Shown piece by piece: positions 62,301 to 64,000 of a DNA stretch of 64,000 bases. How positions within the stretch are numbered: position 1 is the stretch's first letter; every line of letters begins with the position of its first letter. The notes under the pieces were generated by a model. The model worked only from the letters and a program-made list of their open reading frames with translations, ran no database searches and had not been told where the DNA came from. Source of the stretch: Octopus sinensis. Taxonomy: Eukaryota. The stretch lies in assembly GCF_006345805.1 (NCBI RefSeq), contig NC_043010.1, forward strand, positions 7,750,001 through 7,814,000. Reading direction: 5' to 3'. The translations under genes were made by a program, and so were the position numbers.

Positions 62301-62695
62301 CTAGCAGTATCGCCCGGCGTTGCTCGGGTTTGTAAGGGAAATAACTATATAAGCATTTTTAGAGATGTAAAGTATAATAGCCATCTCAATATGGCTAACC
62401 ACAAAGGTGGGGTGTTACTGTAGCTTTTTACATTCCGAGATTTAATAATAAACTTTTAGAGAGTTACTTCTCTTATATATGCCAAAAATGCATTAAAAAT
62501 GGGAAAAATTGATGGTAATTTTTTTTTAAATTGTAGACTCATCGTAGACGCGCGTTAATACCCAGAAGGGCTCGATATGAATCACGACTATAAGATACCC
62601 GGTTTTGGTTAAACTGCACCGCAAAATGTGGGAGTAGTTAGGAATCTAAATCATAGGAGACAGACAGCACACAACCTCACTTTTATATATAAAGT
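62301..62695 (-). mobile_element. Non-autonomous Helitron, complete
   Basis: 3' CTAG|T at 62304-62301 with hairpin CCCGAGCAACGCCGGG (62328-62313); 5' end ..CTTTATATATAAAAGTGAGGTTGTG. Confidence 0.82.
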
Positions 62696-62792
62696 TATGC
62701 TATTACAGTTGCTACTGCAGTAGTTGAATACCCAAACAAATACTTTGCAGTCTATAATTTTACCTCTCTTAACTCTAAGCTAAGATCTCACA

Positions 62793-62879
<87 letters not shown>
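62793..62879. repeat. (TAG)29 microsatellite
   Basis: Visible. Confidence 0.97.
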
Positions 62880-63406
62880 CAGATGCAGCAGCAGCCATTC
62901 AAGAATTTGGACCTGGAGATCGCCATTTCCAGCGACTTTGAGGGCCACCTCCCAGTGGTGTCGGGCGTCAACGAAGAGCCCTTGACTACAACAAAACGAC
63001 CAAAGTTTTTTTTTTTCCAAGGTCTGGGGTCTCCTGCCCCTAAGCCCTAGACCATCACCTAATCACCCTTACCCGTCTTGTTGCTTAACAACAACAACAA
63101 CAGCAGCAGCAGCAGTAGTAGTAGTAGCAGCAGCAGTTGTTTTGTAATTTTTGTTGTTTAACCCCTGGTCTGCTTTGATTGAGTCTGTCCAGTGATTAAA
63201 AGCCTTCCCCTTGCAGCCATTACATCTACCCAATGTGCTTTTCCATATTTAAAATAGTATGGGATTGTGATTTAAGAGGAGAGAGAGTAGAGGTCCCTTT
63301 GCACTTGTGCAGTTGCTGTTGTTGTCACTGTTGCCGTTTAACCCTTACTTAGGTATTTCTAGCAAGTCAAAAAGAACACAACTTGGACTTGCAGTTAATA
63401 AAATAT

Positions 63407-63632
63407 CTGGCAGAACCGTTAGCTTGCCAGGCGAAATGCTTAGCAATATTTCATCTGCCACTACATTCTGAGTTCAAATTCTGTCGAGGTTGACTTTGCC
63501 TTTCATCCTTTTGGGGTCGATTAAATAAGTACCAGTTACGCACTGGGGTCGATATAATCGACTTAATCCGTTTGTCTGTCCTTGTTTGTCCTCTCTGTGT
63601 TTAGCCCCTTGTGGGTAGTAAAGAAATAGGTA
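63407..63632 (+). mobile_element. SINE family B
   Basis: CTGGCAGAACCGTTAG...GAGTTCAAATTC...GAAATAGGTA. Confidence 0.88.
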
Positions 63633-64000
63633 TTATATATATGGAGGCTATTGACAATATACACTTTGTAAATCAGTACTATGAATAAAAAAATTCAAAA
63701 CAGTATAAGTCCTTTGTAGTTTGTTTCATTGTTGCTGTTTTGCCCCATTTCAGCCCTAACTGAGCAGACCTATGATCAAAAATATTTAAGCCATGACTTC
63801 CCTATATTTTCAGACAAAATTCATAGTTTACAAGCATAGTTCATTTTGGAGTACATCATCAACTATGTCCTTCCTCTTAAGAAAAAAAAATACTGGAAGT
63901 GAATTGAGAGATATTTAACTATTATTTCTATTAGACCCAGCAATCCTGTTAAAGTTTCATCTCTGAAATATCATCTCATATATAGTTTTGGCGGATTTGT

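Overview
AT-rich, microsatellite- and repeat-saturated animal genomic DNA. The repeat families, the (TA)n/(ATGT)n/(GATA)n load and the composition suggest an octopus (coleoid cephalopod) intron or intergenic region; this is inference, since no database was available. No protein-coding gene, tRNA, rRNA or CRISPR array can be called with confidence. Nearly all ORFs in the supplied track are translations of microsatellites or repeat fragments. The window contains: three tRNA-headed SINE families (here A, B, D); many 3' ends of RTE LINEs, including a BovB-like fragment; CR1-type 3' ends; a decayed Penelope-like element (PLE); three Tc1/mariner remnants; hAT-, Tigger- and Merlin-like MITEs; and several non-autonomous Helitrons/Helentron. 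The most striking unexplained signal is a cluster of hammerhead ribozyme (HHR) motifs from several unrelated repeat families. Three have intact cores on the + strand (35004, 40121, 45827), and the first sits at the apex of a ~130-nt rod-like fold. Two fold-back elements carry paired outward-facing HHR cores (41215-41363, 54830-55150), the second with an apparent G3:C8 core covariation. A weak, phase-compatible chain of + strand candidate exons is reported at low confidence.
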